Assembly: GCA_964016885.1 (NCBI GenBank)
Contig: OZ024740.1
Span: 326,244,001 to 326,308,000, forward strand
Direction: 5' to 3'
Source of the DNA: Eledone cirrhosa
Taxonomy: Eukaryota
DNA: 64,000 nucleotides
Under the pieces are notes generated by a model. That model was not told the DNA's origin. It ran no database searches and saw nothing but the letters and a program-made list of their open reading frames with translations. How positions within the stretch are numbered: position 1 is the first letter of the stretch; every line of letters starts with the position of its first letter. The translations under genes were made by a program, and so were the position numbers. Shown here piece by piece: positions 12,390 through 25,901 of the stretch.

Positions 12390-14493
12390 AATTCTTTTTT
12401 CGTTCTTTTTTTTATATCTGTTCTGTATAATGTCTTCCTTTAGTCTTTAAAAGATAAAAAATATTGATGATGTATCTAATGTAATACCATTTTACAGCTG
12501 AGATTCTGAAACAATGAAAAAAAAATCACATATTAAACTACATCACCATCAGATTGTGTAATATTATATATATTAAACTATAGCTACACCATTAGATTAT
12601 GAGACATTATATATGTTGTAAAACATCACTATCATCTTTTTACCTCTACTTTTCCATGTTTGTATGGGTTGGAGGAAGATTTCATTCAGTCACTCCTTTG
12701 ATGTCACCAGAGATACTAGTTCTCTGAAATTTTTCCAGCCTGCTCTTATTTCAGCAACTATACTTACAGGTACCAGCAACTCCACATTCAGGTGTGGCGC
12801 CAGAGATGACTGCACAAGTGGGAGTGGGGATACTTACAAGCCCTTTGGATGTCAGAATGCGCTAGGGACTAGATCTCATTGGCTGGTGCAAGTTTATGCA
12901 ACAAAGAGACTGAATACAGATCGTTCCTGGATGAAGTCACTTCAGGGTTAGATGTAGTTATGACTGAGTTAGATATGCTAATGCACATGTTGACACTGAC
13001 CACAAGACATGGAAAGGTGTGATTGGCAGGAATGACAATCCTTATCTAAATATGAATGGAGAGAGGCCATATAATTTCTGGTCTATTATGAACACCTTCT
13101 TCCAGCTCAAAGACATCCATAAATATACATAGCATTAGGGACAGAGATCAATAATTGATTTTGTTATTGTCTCTTATCTCTTCATGTTTGTGCTGGATGT
13201 TCGTGTTCAGACTACCTAAATCCAAGGAAGCCCACAAAACTGGCTGCTTCTGAAAGGACCCAACTGGCCCTACAACCTTCCCAAGAATAAGTAGGCAAAT
13301 AAGATAGATTTAGAGCAACATCCTCCACTAATTCAGTCATCTAGGTAGTAAAAGCTATGAACTACTTTCCTGGGACTTGAGAAAGTTTATTACATTGGGT
13401 CTCTTACTGCTGTCTACCAATGCTCATTTCCTACAAAGTCTACCTTTTCTGTTTGTCTACTATCCCACTACATCTCTTGTATACATATGTTTTACACGGT
13501 ATAGAGTCCCCACCTACTCCTTTTCTACAAACTGAGTATGACCATTCCCCTGATAAGATTGAAGTTCTGTCTTCTTTTCCTACTTACTAAAACTTTGGTC
13601 TTTGCTAAGTTTACTCTGAATCCTTTTAATTCTAATAGTAGATACTAAGAGGTAACTAAATACATGTGAACAGAAGAATTTATTTTCTGAAGAAAAGGGT
13701 AGCAGTTTATTGAAGTTTCATCTTTTAGACAGCTTGAAAGAAGCTGCATCACTGCAACATCAAAGTCATTGCCATCCTTTCTTTCAGGAATACTTGATGT
13801 GTAATATTACACCGACTGGAAGGCAGCATGTCTAGGAGAGCTTTAACTCTAAATAAGATTGCACACACAGGGTAGGCACAGATGCTGTATGTCATACAAG
13901 CAGAAAACATGCACCAATTCTAAACTCTAATGTGGAATGAATTAGGATTAATCCTATCCTTGACAACTAACTCCTATCCTAATTTGGAATAAAGTAGTTT
14001 GGATTATATTGTTCTTTCATATAAAGAGGGAGGGCTATTTGAGAGCAGCACCGAAAATATTAGTCAGTATCTTTCATTAGAAATATGGCAAGGAATGGAG
14101 TAAAATATTGTTTTATAAAATTTAATTCATTAGTTTCACTGCTTTACTTTATCTGTAAATACATTTAACAAATTTCAATTGAATTCTATAACGTTTGCTA
14201 TAAAAAAAAGAGGAAAGAGGAAAACATTAAATACAGAAAGTCAATGAAAATAAGGGAATGAGCGGCAGACCCTACACCCTAGTCTGGGTAGTATATCTCA
14301 GCTATGCTAGAGAACAGCCACTCCAGTAAGATACTTCTATTTGTTTTACGACCTAAAAATCATCAAATTTAAATTCCTTCTGTAAATGACTTTTATATTT
14401 AGAATTTACGTATTTTAAGATATTTTTCCTATCTTTCATTTTATTAATTACAATTGTTTACTCAAAACATGAGGCATATCCGTGTGGTTTCCT

Positions 14494-14762
14494 GAGTCTC
14501 GTTGAGACGTGAGCATTGGTGCTGATCGCGCTGGGCAGAAAGACGGGCCTCCCTTGCCACTGGGGTCTCCTCGAGGAGTGAGAGTTGGCGCTGATTGCGG
14601 TCGACAGCAAGACGGGCCTCCCTTGCCTCCGGAGTCTCCTCGAGACGTGAGCGTTGGTCGTGAGTGCACTGGGCAGTAAGACGGGCCTCCCTTGCCTCCA
14701 GAGTCTCGTGGAGACGTGAGCATTGGCGCTGAATGCACTGGGCAGTAAGACGGGCCTTCCTT
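14494..14762. repeat. GC/CpG-rich 69-bp tandem repeat x4
   Basis: Units start near 14494, 14563, 14632 and 14701. The minus frame reads GPSYCPVHSAPMLTSPRDSGGKG-like x4. Confidence 0.9.
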
Positions 14763-14885
14763 GGAGTTAAAAAAAAAAGATGAATGCTTTAACTCAGCGA
14801 CTACTGTTTTACAACTTCTCAAAACAGAAATAATAATATTATGGAGATAAAAGAAGCAAAATAACAAACGATATCAACAAAAAAC

Positions 14886-14905
14886 GTAACTGCGCACGCA
14901 CCTCC
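14886..14905. promoter_or_regulatory. Candidate NRF1-like motif (TGCGCACGCA), putative ZNF2 promoter
   Basis: Near match to the TGCGCATGCGCA consensus, beside a CpG-rich patch upstream of ZNF2. Confidence 0.3.
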
Positions 14906-15735
14906 ATTCTTCGCAATTTAAGGGCTTTATTTCATTTAGAAGAAAATACTGGTCGTTTTCGGTTAGGCATATCGTATAACGATACTATAGAAGCAGTTAA
15001 AAGTATTTTAGGTTAAATGCTGGACCACTGAGAGCACGTAGTCGTTTCAATAAATAGTTGCATTAAAAAAGGGGGGCATTGAATGTAAAATGCTAAGCTA
15101 AAAGCGAAAAATTAATGTCATTGTTTACGTATAATGAATTGGAAATGCTTCACTAAGAGATGGATATAAAAGTATTTTAGGTTAAATAGTATAGGGAGGT
15201 GTGTAGGATACATACATACACGACGCTCAGCTTTATATAAGTATCGTGTGTATGTGTGTGTGTTGCTATGCGAGCGACGACAGATCAAAGATATATAACA
15301 CGTGACTGAACGTTAACTAAAGTTTGCTGGTCCCTCTCTGTCTCTCTCTGAATATCTAACACTTTAATTGTATCTCTCTCTGTCTAACGGCCTATCTCTC
15401 TCTGAAGTGTTGTCATATAGGGAGTGAAGAGCGACAGAGAGAGTAAAGCAGTTAAATTATAGAGAGGGAGAATGATCTATTATAGAGAGAGTGAAGTGCG
15501 ATGGAGAGAGTTAAGCTAAGAAACTATAGGGAGGTAAAATCGATAGAAAAAGACCGTTTTTTGGCCCTAGAGACCACATTTTTCAATTTAGATCTGTCGC
15601 TTCCACAGCACCTTTTACATTAATGTGTACATTTTCATGACAATCAGAGCATTGGTACTACCCTTTCATCTGTATCCAGACACGACTCAGACAATTTTCG
15701 CCCATTTCACATTTATATAATAGATTTATTTATAT

Positions 15736-17327
15736 GGTTATCTTGTAGTAGCCCGCGTTAAATTGTTGTTTTTTTTTATTTTTTTTATTTTTTTGTTTTT
15801 TTTTTGTTTTTTTTTTGTTTTTTAATGTAATTAAGTAAGAAAGTTATATTAATTAAATTTTAAATTATTTTTTTATTTTTGTTAAATTTTTTTTTTTTAA
15901 AAATAATTTTAAGAAAAGTAAATCGGAAGGTATCAAGAAGTTCAGTGGGTTCTTGGTATGGTGGAACGAGATACCAATGTGACAATGAGGGTACCTGTGG
16001 ACCAACGAGATGCAGCGACCTTTTTACCCATCATTGCTCAGTACGTTCGTCCAGGTACTCGCATTGTAACCTATGGCTGGCAGTCATACAATGCCCTCCC
16101 GCAACATGCAGTTGTAAACTATCGTTACAACTTTGTGGACCCCAACGACTCACAATCCACACAAACCGTATGGTAGGCAGATGGGGGCTTCGCAAAGTCA
16201 AATTCCGTGCCTTGAGAGGAACAAGCGAGACACTTTTCGGCACTCACCTTCAGGAGTTCCTTTGGCGCCGTGCTATTCAAAACAAAAAAAATCTTCGGCA
16301 ATATTCTATATTGGATACGACATTATTATGGTGTATAATAGACACTTTTGGATATTATAAATTGTTTTAAAAAAAAAAATTTAACAAAAATCCAAAAAAA
16401 AATTAAATAATTTTAATTTTAATTAATAATAGCAAAAAATAATTAAAAAAAAAGGCGATACTTGGTTTTAGTGTCCTAAATGATCATCATCGACAATCAG
16501 TTATAATAAATATTAAAATATTAACAGAGAAAATTAGAAAACAGAAAAATATTGTTGCGAAACAGTTTTTAACAACAGAAAGAAAATTTCTTTAAACAAT
16601 ATATTGGTGCGATATACGGTATTTCTTTTACAGCAATATTTTTCTACATGAAACCCTAGACTCTGCTGCCTCTCATTGAAAGGCACTGTGCAAATGGATC
16701 GATGATCCATATAGATGATCCAAAATTTGCCTAGTCGTTATACACATCTGACTGTCAATCATTCGCAGCATTTCGTCGATCCCATATCAAGTACACACAC
16801 GCAAAATATTGAGGGGATGTGGTCTCATGCCAAAAAAAAACTGAAATGCATCAATGGTACCAGCCGACCACTATTTCAGTCGTATTTAAGGGAGTTTGAG
16901 TGGCGATGGCGCAATGCCACGTATCCAACTGGTGAAGGTAAATGTTTCGAAAAATTTTAAACTGTATATCGCAACAATATATTGTTTAAAGAAAAAAAAA
17001 TACTGTATATCGCAACAATATATTGTTAAAGAAATTTTTTTTCTGTTGTTAAAAATGTAAAAATGAAGCATAGTTTTTCTGTGAAAAACTGTAAATAAAT
17101 ATTTATTTTGTTAAAAAAATAAATAAAAAATCTAATTTTCTCTGTTAATATTTTAATAAATATTTATTATAAAAAGGTAAATGTAAGGTAAAAACCAAGC
17201 AGCAGCAGCTGATAACGTACGTGTAGTGGGTGGAGCTAATAACTGATTGTCGATGATCATTTAGGACACTAAAACCAAGTATCGCCTTTAAAAAAAAAAA
17301 TTTAACGCAGATAACTACAAGATAACC
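15736..17327 (+). mobile_element. Merlin (IS1016/ISXO2-like) non-autonomous DNA transposon, outer element
   Basis: TIRs GGTTATCTTGTAGT..GCGTTAAATT and AATTTAACGC..ACTACAAGATAACC. 8-bp TSD atttatat/atctatat. Transposase remnant VER..RDAATFLPII..PGTRIVT..VNY..NFVDP at 15958-16280. Confidence 0.85.
16454..17286 (+). mobile_element. Merlin non-autonomous element nested inside the outer Merlin
   Basis: ~48-bp TIRs GGCGATACTTGGTTTTAGTGTCC.. plus sub-terminal inverted repeats. ORF 16715-16960 reads HLTVNHSQHFVDP..HTQNIEGMWSHAK. Confidence 0.88.
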
Positions 17328-17685
17328 ATCTATATTATATGTAGACAAGGGTTATCGGAATTTGCTGTTAATAATACACCAAAGAAAAGACGATTGAAAA
17401 AACAATTCTAAAGTAAAATACCTCGTATAAATCACAACTTTTGATGGGGAATCACTGATGGTTGACGTGTTGTTGAATGGAGTAAATTATTAGTATTCTC
17501 TTCCTCAATCCGTCTTTCCTTCTCCTTATATATATATTATAGAAGATAAATATGACTACGTTACAATAACTTTGTGTTTCATGCTAAATAAAATATTCTA
17601 AGTATTAGTGTGATTCAATTCAAAACAACTAGAGTTACAATGACATTAATATCCGGTTGATCATGCGTACTATCGATATAATAAA

Positions 17686-17850
17686 ATAATTGTTTCTACT
17701 TTAGGCACAAGTACTAGTACATTACTGGTACTTTATTTTATCGACCCTGTAAGGATGAAAGGCAAAGTTAACCTCTGCGGGATTATAATAAAATAATTGT
17801 TTCTACTTTAGGCACAAGGCCAGCAATTACCAGTGCATTACTGGTACTTT
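17686..17850 (-). mobile_element. Two tandem truncated tRNA-SINE 3' parts (Meta-domain-like core)
   Basis: aattgtttctactttaggcacaag..ggatgaaaggcaaagttaacc. Other copies at ~5245, 26240, 27735(+), 31612, 44724 and 55254(+). Confidence 0.75.
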
Positions 17851-19119
17851 ATAATAATATAATAAAATAATGAAAATTATTGTGTAAGAGGAGGACAAAA
17901 TTCTGTAATTTACAATCGATATAAAAGTTTTATTATTCAGTTATATAAATAACATTACAAATAAAAAAGAAGTTACACAATGATGGAAATATGAACAAGA
18001 AAGATAAAAACAAAATTAATTAATGAGAAAACGGGCTGTTCTGCTTGAGAACTGGTAGAATTTGGTGTATTTGGATCCCTACTCTGTGATTATTAGGTAA
18101 TACATTTATTACGTAATAGCTTTCTAATGTAAGACAGGCTGTTGATAAGGAGATGGACTTATATTCAATGCTGCTCTTTCAAAAGTCTTCTCCCTTATTA
18201 ATAGCTTGTATTGTACTAGATACTAGAAATACATTACATAATAAATGTATTACCTAAGATGCTGTCTGAAGTAGTCATGTTAGTGATTGCGTTATGGCAA
18301 CATTATGTAACACCATAGAAATATGTTTTATAGTGAATTATGTAATGCAAACTCTATCATGGACTACCACATTGGAATTGGAACAATAGGAATGACGTTG
18401 AGTGCTTGCTCCCAATTACATCATTATTTATTGGTTGGAGTGTTGCAGAAGCAACATTTTGTAACATAAAAATATATGTCATCATCACCGTTTAACATCC
18501 ATTTTTCCACGCTGGCATGGGATATACGAGTTATCCCATTGTGAAACAAAACAGGTTTTGGCTGGTTTCTACAGTTGGATGCCCTTCCTAACACCAACCA
18601 GATTTACAGTGTGTGCTGGAAGCTTTTTGTCATGTCACCTACATGAGCACTTTACAGTGTGTACTGGACGCCTTTTGTCATGTAGCCATCACAACCACTT
18701 CACAGCATGGGGATTGGGGAGGTAGATCTAGGTGTGAAGTGTTCAGGCATGGGTGGAGTGTTAAGAAGTGGGAGGTGCATGAGGGAGAGGGATGGGTATT
18801 AAGATGTGAAGGTGTATAGAAGGTGGAGGGGGAAAGGTAGTGCATACAAGATGTATGCCTCAACTCATGCACAATCCTGTGTCATCGCCATCAAGGGGTG
18901 CAATTGTTCATGGTCAGTTTTTATCACCTCATCCCAAATCTTCCTAGACCATAGCTTCCATCAACTTTTTATACAGCTGTCATCCTTCATATACATCACA
19001 TATACATCTTATCTCTCAGTTCATATATGTTATTATTTCACATCAATCGGAGCAAGGAATCTTCATTTCTTTCCAATCTTTATAGGTTCTCCGAATACAG
19101 TATGTGTATATATATATGT

Positions 19120-21330
19120 ATGTGTGTATTCTTTCAGACATTACTCAAGATTCATGACCATAGGTAAGGGATGGAACAAATACCGAATTGAAGATAGCGA
19201 GTTTAGCTTTTACGCCTATCTCTCTTTTCTGATTACTGAAGTTGGCACATTGCTGCACCAACTACTGCACTTAATTCAGCCTCTTGTTTCCCATCACTCA
19301 TGAACACCACCCCACAAGATACTTCTCTACCTGCTTCAGTGGAACTTCATTTACTGCATAGGCTTCCTTGAGTTTTCACAGCACTGATTTTCATTCTAGC
19401 CATGCAACACTTGGCATCAAACCTATTGAATGCAAGTCGGAGATCACCTTCTGTACAGTTAAGTAACATCATATCGTCTGCAAATTCCAGCCGACTGATT
19501 TTACACATGCCAGTCATGATACCACTTCCAACCCGGCTGTGCATGTCAATCCTATTCATGCAAATAATGAACAGTACACACACTTAGCAGAGTCTGACTC
19601 CCACATTGAACGGTTTCAATTTAGCACCATTTATCCAAACACAAATACTCGGGCATAAATATAGAGACATCAGGGCAGCAAGGAGCTAACCATCGATCCC
19701 ATACTCCTGCAGAACCTTCCACCACAGATTCCGAGGAACACAGTCATAGGAACACAAAGAAGAATATAGCTCTTGGCAATACTCCCCCGATTTCTTGAAA
19801 ACCTGCCGCAGTGTAAATATTTGGTTGGCTGTGCTGCATCAGGGCAAAAACCACTGTTTATCAGCTAGCTTGGACTCGACAATCTCCCTAGATCTCTTTT
19901 CTAGACACTTAGCATAGACTTTACAAGAGAAGCACCTCTGATTGCCATTGCTTAGCTGCCTTTCCAGGGATCCAGGCCACCCAGCATACACAAGTCAGCC
20001 AGAGAATACCTTCTCTCTTTAAGGCTTTTAACATCTCGGACTGAATTCCATCTTCCCCAGTGGCTTTGCCACATTTGAGCTCTTGTGACCTCAGCCTCTG
20101 AGAAATTAGTCACTGCTTCCAGATGCACCTTGTGTACATCAGAAGATTCTGTTGTGATTAGGTTTAGGAGATCAGCAATGTATTCTCTCTATCCCATGAA
20201 GATACACCTCTCTGAAGAGAGAACTTTGGATGCCTTTATTGTCACTGCTGAGATTCTTTGTGCCTGCTTGTACCACACATACATGAAGGAGGACTTATTT
20301 CCAAGCCAAGCTTTGTAAGCCCCCTTTTGCTTGGATGGCATCTTTGACCTCTTGATTGAACCAAGGGTTCCTCCTGCCATCTGGCACCACACCAAGCCTC
20401 TTTCACACAGCGTTTAACAGCTGAAGCAGAAACTGCCACACTGAACAATCTCCATTTTCTCTCAACGTCCTCAGTTTGCTCAGTTCTCTGAACTTTGATG
20501 CAATAGTATCTGCATATCTGGTCCTGACTTCCTTATCTACCAATGTTTCTTACTTCATCCTGTGTGTCCCCTAGACCTGCCAGTTTTGTGGGCTTCCTTG
20601 ACTATAGTTAGTCTCAAGTTGCAGATAACTAGATGGTGATCAGTTGACAGCTCAGCCCCACTCTTAACACGAACATCCAGCACAGAATCAGAGATCAGAG
20701 ACAATAACAAAATCAATTATTGATCTCTGTCCCTGATTCCCCTTATACTATATATATTAAGGGATGTCTTTGTGCTGGATGGTGTTCATATTAGAGAGTC
20801 TATTGCTAGAACAGAAGTCTAGTAAGGCCTCTCCATTCATATTTAAATCAGAGTCACCATTCCTTCCAATCACTCCTTTCCATGTCAGGTGGTCAGTATC
20901 AGTCTCCCATCAGGATATATGACTCAGTCTTAACTACATCTAACGCTACAATGACATTATCAAGGGAGGACCTGTATTCGGACTCCTTGTTTGGTGCATA
21001 AACTCGCACCACCCACAGGGATCTATCTTTCAGTCTAAACTTCAAGAGGCAAATCCTCCCTCCTAATGGTATCCAGTCCATAACACATTCTGACAGCCGG
21101 GGGCTTGTGAGTATCCCTACTCCAGCTTTTGCAGTCATTTCTGGCGCCACACCTGAATAGTGGAGTTTCCATTCTCCATTCAAATCTAGTGTCAGAGCCA
21201 TGGAAGTTTGTTCAGGAAACTCCAACTATATCTAGCAGGTAGCATCTATCCTCCTCCACTAGTTCTTGCTCCTTACCTGTAAAGGTTACGATGTTCCAGG
21301 TTCCAACTGTTAAAGTTTTCTCTCTTCCGG
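19120..21330 (-). mobile_element. Degraded RTE-clade LINE ORF2 (APE endonuclease + RT)
   Basis: VGTWNI, AGVGIL, VYAP, LMGD, STDH and EFADD motifs, broken by stops and frameshifts. Confidence 0.85.
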
Positions 21331-22894
21331 AACCTCTTTGGGGTCTCGGAATACACAATCTTTGTGCATCCAGCCCATGCATCCCAGAACAGGTCACAGG
21401 CTCTTCGCTAATTCTTGCAGCATGAAATGGAGACTGCAATATATTTTTTGAACAGGCCTCTCTACCTAAGGCCTGACCTTGTTAACTAGCACAAAGGACG
21501 ATGCGGTATGATTCATTTTTGCTTCATATTATTCATCATATTGCAGTTTCAGTGGTCTTATTTGCACCAGTCACCAATCTGGTACTTTGTCAAACCCATG
21601 AAGACTACGCTCTTTTAGAGGCGGCCTTTACTTGCCTCGTTGTAGCTATGTCACTGGTTTGTGAGAGTGTCACCCATTGGCCCATCTCCCTTAGTAGTTT
21701 ACCATTGTTACTCTGGGGTTGCTTAGTCATCCGCTTATATTGTAACTAGCTATCATATCTGGTGGTTGTATATCTAAGGATGCCTGCAGAGATGTTGTAT
21801 AACACGATTCTTCCATTCCCTACAAAGCCAAAATGGCCTATGTACAGAATGAGATCTCCCAAATACACAATAGATGCAGCAAAGGTGGCAACAAATACAC
21901 CAGCATAGAGGAAATCCAGAGTTTTCACCGTTAATGGCTCCCAACTTCTCTCACTAAATGCTAAAATGCCAAGGCACCACCCAAAGGAATAAGGAGACAT
22001 ACTCCTTAGAGGTAGCATATGCTATAAAAAGTGGGATTGTAAGCAGACTAACAGGAATGGTGGAATTTGTATATGGGAGATGCATAGGGATAGTTAGTAG
22101 TAAGAGCTCCAGCAAAATAAAAAATTTTCCAATCCTGGTAAAGCTCCATAGAAGTGGTCGACAGCTTTTGCTACCTTGATAAATGGGTAAATAGCAGTGG
22201 AGGCAGTTGCTCTGAAAGCACGGTAAGTAGAATAAGAACAAGCTGGAAAACGTTTAGGGAGTTGCTACTTCAGTTGACAACAAGGATTTTCTCAGAAAGC
22301 TGTTTGTATGATGCCTGGGTGCAGAGTATGATTTTGCATCGAAGTGAAACATGGGGAGTAAATGCAGAGGATATGCAAAAGTTGGAGAGAAATGAAGGAT
22401 GCACATTTGAGGAGGAATCAAATGTAGTGTGCAAAAGAGAAGACTGCACTAGTAGGGACGTCTGTATGATGCATATGGAAGATGACTTGGTTAAGTGATA
22501 AGCATTTTCAATAGAAGGCCAAGAAAGACTGAACAGAAATGGTGTTAGTAGATCTCAAAATATTGATCCTGACCCATTCAACCTATGCAAGCATGAAATA
22601 GCAGCTGTAAAACGGTGATGAGGATAATTGTGAAAGAATAACTTTATTAAATACATCATCATAAGTTATTTCAGTAATGTAGATAAATGCGGTTATAAAA
22701 ATATAGTGTTCAAAGGTTGTTACCACACATTGTGATATGTTCTTTGCTGTGTGAATACATTTATGGTTGTATAAGATATTTTTTTTTAATAGAATGACTT
22801 TTAACATTGATATGGTTACTCTCCTATATCAAAACATATATAAGTAGTTAAGATAATTTTCTTACAGAATGATTTACCATAAACATTGGAGATA

Positions 22895-24757
22895 TCACTT
22901 TTCTGCTGTATGAACACGTTTATGAGACGTTAAGGATCCATTTGTAGTGAATGATTTACCACAAACTGTACAGTGATATGGTTTTTCTCCAGTATGAATA
23001 CGTATGTGCAAAGTTAAGTCACCACTCCGAGAGAAAGATTTACCACAGATGTCACAGGGATAAGGCTTCTCTCCGGTATGAGTGCGTATGTGCTTTGTTA
23101 AGGAACTATTATCAGTGAAAGATTTACCACAGATATCACAATGATATGGCTTCTCACCTGTATGAGTGCGTTTGTGTCTAGTTAAGGAATTTTTATGAGA
23201 GAATGATTGACCACAGATATCACAGAGATACAACTTATCTCTTGTATGAACACGCTTGTGAGAAGTTAAGTCACCATTATGAAAGAATGATTTATCACAT
23301 ATATCACAGTGATATGGTTTTTTCCCGCTATGCAACTGTTTGTGCCTTGTTAAAGTTCCAATTAAAGGGAATGATTTATCACAGATAACACAGTGATATG
23401 GCTTCTCTCCTGTATGAATATGCTTGTGTTTAGTTAAGTGTCCATTTGTAAAGAATAATTTATCACAAATGCCACATTGATATGGCTTCTCTCCAGTGTG
23501 AAGATGCTTGTGTTCAGTTAATGCACCATTTGTAGAAAATGATTTACTGCAGATATTACAATGAAATGGTTTCTTTCCTGTATGAATAATTTTGTGTTTA
23601 GTTAACCTACTTGCTACAGAGAATGTTTTATCACAGATATCACAGTGATACGGTTTCTCTCTTGAATGAATATGTTTGTGTATAGTTAATACATTATTTC
23701 GAGAGAATGATTTCCCACAGATATCACAGTGGTGTGGCTTCTCGCCTGTATGAATCCGTTTGTGAGAAGTTAAGCCACCACTTTGAGAGAATGATTTACC
23801 ACAGATGCTACAGTGATACGGCTTCTCTCCTGTATGAAGATGCTTGTGATTAGTTAAGGCTGTATTTGTATAGAATGATTTGCTACAGGTTTTACAGTGA
23901 TATGGTTTTATGCCTGCATGAATGCGTTTGTGTCTAGTTAATGTATCATTTTGAGAAAATGATTTACCACAGTTATCACAGTGATAAGGCTTCTCTCCTG
24001 TATGACTACGTTTGTGCTTAATTAATGCACCACTTTGAAAGAATGATTTACCACAGATATCACAGTGATATGTCTTCTCTCCTGCATGCCATTGTTTGTG
24101 TTTAGTTAAGTCTCCCTTTCGAGCAAATGATCTACTACAGATACCACATTGATGTGGTTTTATGCCTGTATGAATGCTTTGGTGAAATGACAAGTGAACT
24201 TTCCGGGAGAACGACTTACCACAGATGACACAATGATAGGGCTTCTCCCCTGTGTGAATGTTTTGGTGGCTATTTAACTGACTTCTACTAGGGAATGATT
24301 TATCACAAATATCACAGTGATAAGGCTTCTCTCCTGTATGAATACGTTTGTGTATGGTTAAGTTACTTCCTTCATAGAATGATTTACCACAGATTTCACA
24401 CTGATATGGCTTTTCTCCAGTGTGAATACGCTTGTGTCTAATTAAGAGTCTTCCTTGAGAGAATGATTTACCACAAGTATCACAGTGATATGGTTTCTCT
24501 CCTGTATAAATATGTTTATGTATAGTTAAGCTTTGTTTCTGATAGAATGATTGACCACAAATATCACAGTGATATGGCTTCCCTCCTGTATGAATATGTT
24601 TGTGAGAAGTTAGTTGATATTTGTTGCAGAATGATTTATTACAGATATCACAAGCATATGATGTCTTTCCTGTCTCTTTCAACACTTCACCTGAAAAATC
24701 ATTGCTTTCTGGCTCTGTCTTAATCTCAACCTCTTTCTCCCTTAATTCATTTTCCAT
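22895..24757 (-). CDS. C2H2 zinc-finger protein (ZNF paralog 3), 21 fingers
   Basis: 620-aa uninterrupted finger array. Acceptor at 24885-24886. Confidence 0.95.
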   Translation of the reverse strand: MENELREKEVEIKTEPESNDFSGEVLKETGKTSYACDICNKSFCNKYQLTSHKHIHTGGKPYHCDICGQSFYQKQSLTIHKHIYTGEKPYHCDTCGKSFSQGRLLIRHKRIHTGEKPYQCEICGKSFYEGSNLTIHKRIHTGEKPYHCDICDKSFPSRSQLNSHQNIHTGEKPYHCVICGKSFSRKVHLSFHQSIHTGIKPHQCGICSRSFARKGDLTKHKQWHAGEKTYHCDICGKSFFQSGALIKHKRSHTGEKPYHCDNCGKSFSQNDTLTRHKRIHAGIKPYHCKTCSKSFYTNTALTNHKHLHTGEKPYHCSICGKSFSQSGGLTSHKRIHTGEKPHHCDICGKSFSRNNVLTIHKHIHSREKPYHCDICDKTFSVASRLTKHKIIHTGKKPFHCNICSKSFSTNGALTEHKHLHTGEKPYQCGICDKLFFTNGHLTKHKHIHTGEKPYHCVICDKSFPLIGTLTRHKQLHSGKKPYHCDICDKSFFHNGDLTSHKRVHTRDKLYLCDICGQSFSHKNSLTRHKRTHTGEKPYHCDICGKSFTDNSSLTKHIRTHTGEKPYPCDICGKSFSRSGDLTLHIRIHTGEKPYHCTVCGKSFTTNGSLTSHKRVHTAEK

Positions 24758-25559
24758 AACTTGTTTTCACTCCTTTTTTTTATATCAGTCCTGTATAATG
24801 TTTTCCTTTAGTCTTTAAAAGATGATAAATATTGATGATGTATCTAATGTAAAGAATTCTTTAATGTCAATGTCATCTGAGATTCTGAAATAATAATAAA
24901 AAATAAAAAAACAGTATAAGATACTGTGAATATTTAAAATGTAGAAAATGAACAGTGGAATCTTTACTACATTTGTATATTGATAAACCTGGAGAATTAA
25001 AGTTTAGTTCTTAATTTGTAGTTGAAATTACAACATACAATCTTATGTGAAGTTTACATATTTACAGACTACAGATATGTCTTATGATTGTGTCAAATAT
25101 AGTTAAACTATCTTAAGATTGTGTGTGTAACACAAACACACCATCAGATTGTGTAACATATTAAACTACACCATCATATATTAAGCTATAGCTACACTTT
25201 CAGATTATGTAACATTATATATAAACTCAAGTGACAGCTACAAGTTGTATAACATCACTACTATCTTTTTACCTCTACCTTTCCATGTTTGTATGGGTTG
25301 AAGAAAGGTTTTGTAGTCTTTTGATGTCAGAGATATTAGTTCTCTTCCAGCCTGCTCTTATTTCAGCAGCCATACTTATAGATACAATCAACTCCACATT
25401 CAGCGGTTGTGCTAAAAATGACAGCACAGGTGGGAGTCGGGATACTTACAAGCTCCTCCTCTGTCAGAAATATGTTTATTTTTCAACATATGCTCCATCT
25501 AAGTTGATACACTTCTGCAAGCATTGATACCAGCCTTTAAGCCCATGTGTAAAATTGAG

Positions 25560-25901
25560 GGCCATGCGATTTAAACCATGTCAAAGCAGCTTTTTTTACA
25601 TCTTCAACCTCATCTCTTGCACTTCCAAAACGACTTATCCATTTGTTGATTATTGATTTCTTTGGAGCATTGTCGCCATAAATTTGCTTCAGAGCGTCAA
25701 TGATTTGACTGCTCTTCCACTAAAGCTTCACCATGAATTTGATGTTTTGATGGAGGCTATGATACTCGAGCAGGTGCTGGCTTCCAACTGGCGCCGCTGC
25801 GTTGCAACATGCATTTAAGGGTTCATGTTAGAACATGTTATGACATGCATATGATTTTTAGCTATGTACTTTTTCCACGAACCTTTTGAAGCCGCTTCGT
25901 A
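25560..25901 (-). mobile_element. Irritans-subfamily (Hsmar2-like) mariner 5' fragment in the ZNF3 upstream/intron region
   Basis: Minus strand reads NIKFMVKL*WKSSQIIDALKQIYGDNAPKKS..KWISRF. TA followed by TIR CGAAGCGGCTTCAAAAGGTTCGTGGAAAA. Paralogous copy at ~55780-56015. Confidence 0.8.

Noticed and set aside
14494-14762. CRISPR-like array (repeats with small hairpins)
   Set aside because: Units are contiguous with no unique spacers, the context is eukaryotic and there are no cas genes.
15958-16960. Bacterial IS1595/ISXO2 contamination or HGT
   Set aside because: TIRs and an 8-bp TSD embedded in host repeats fit eukaryotic Merlin elements.
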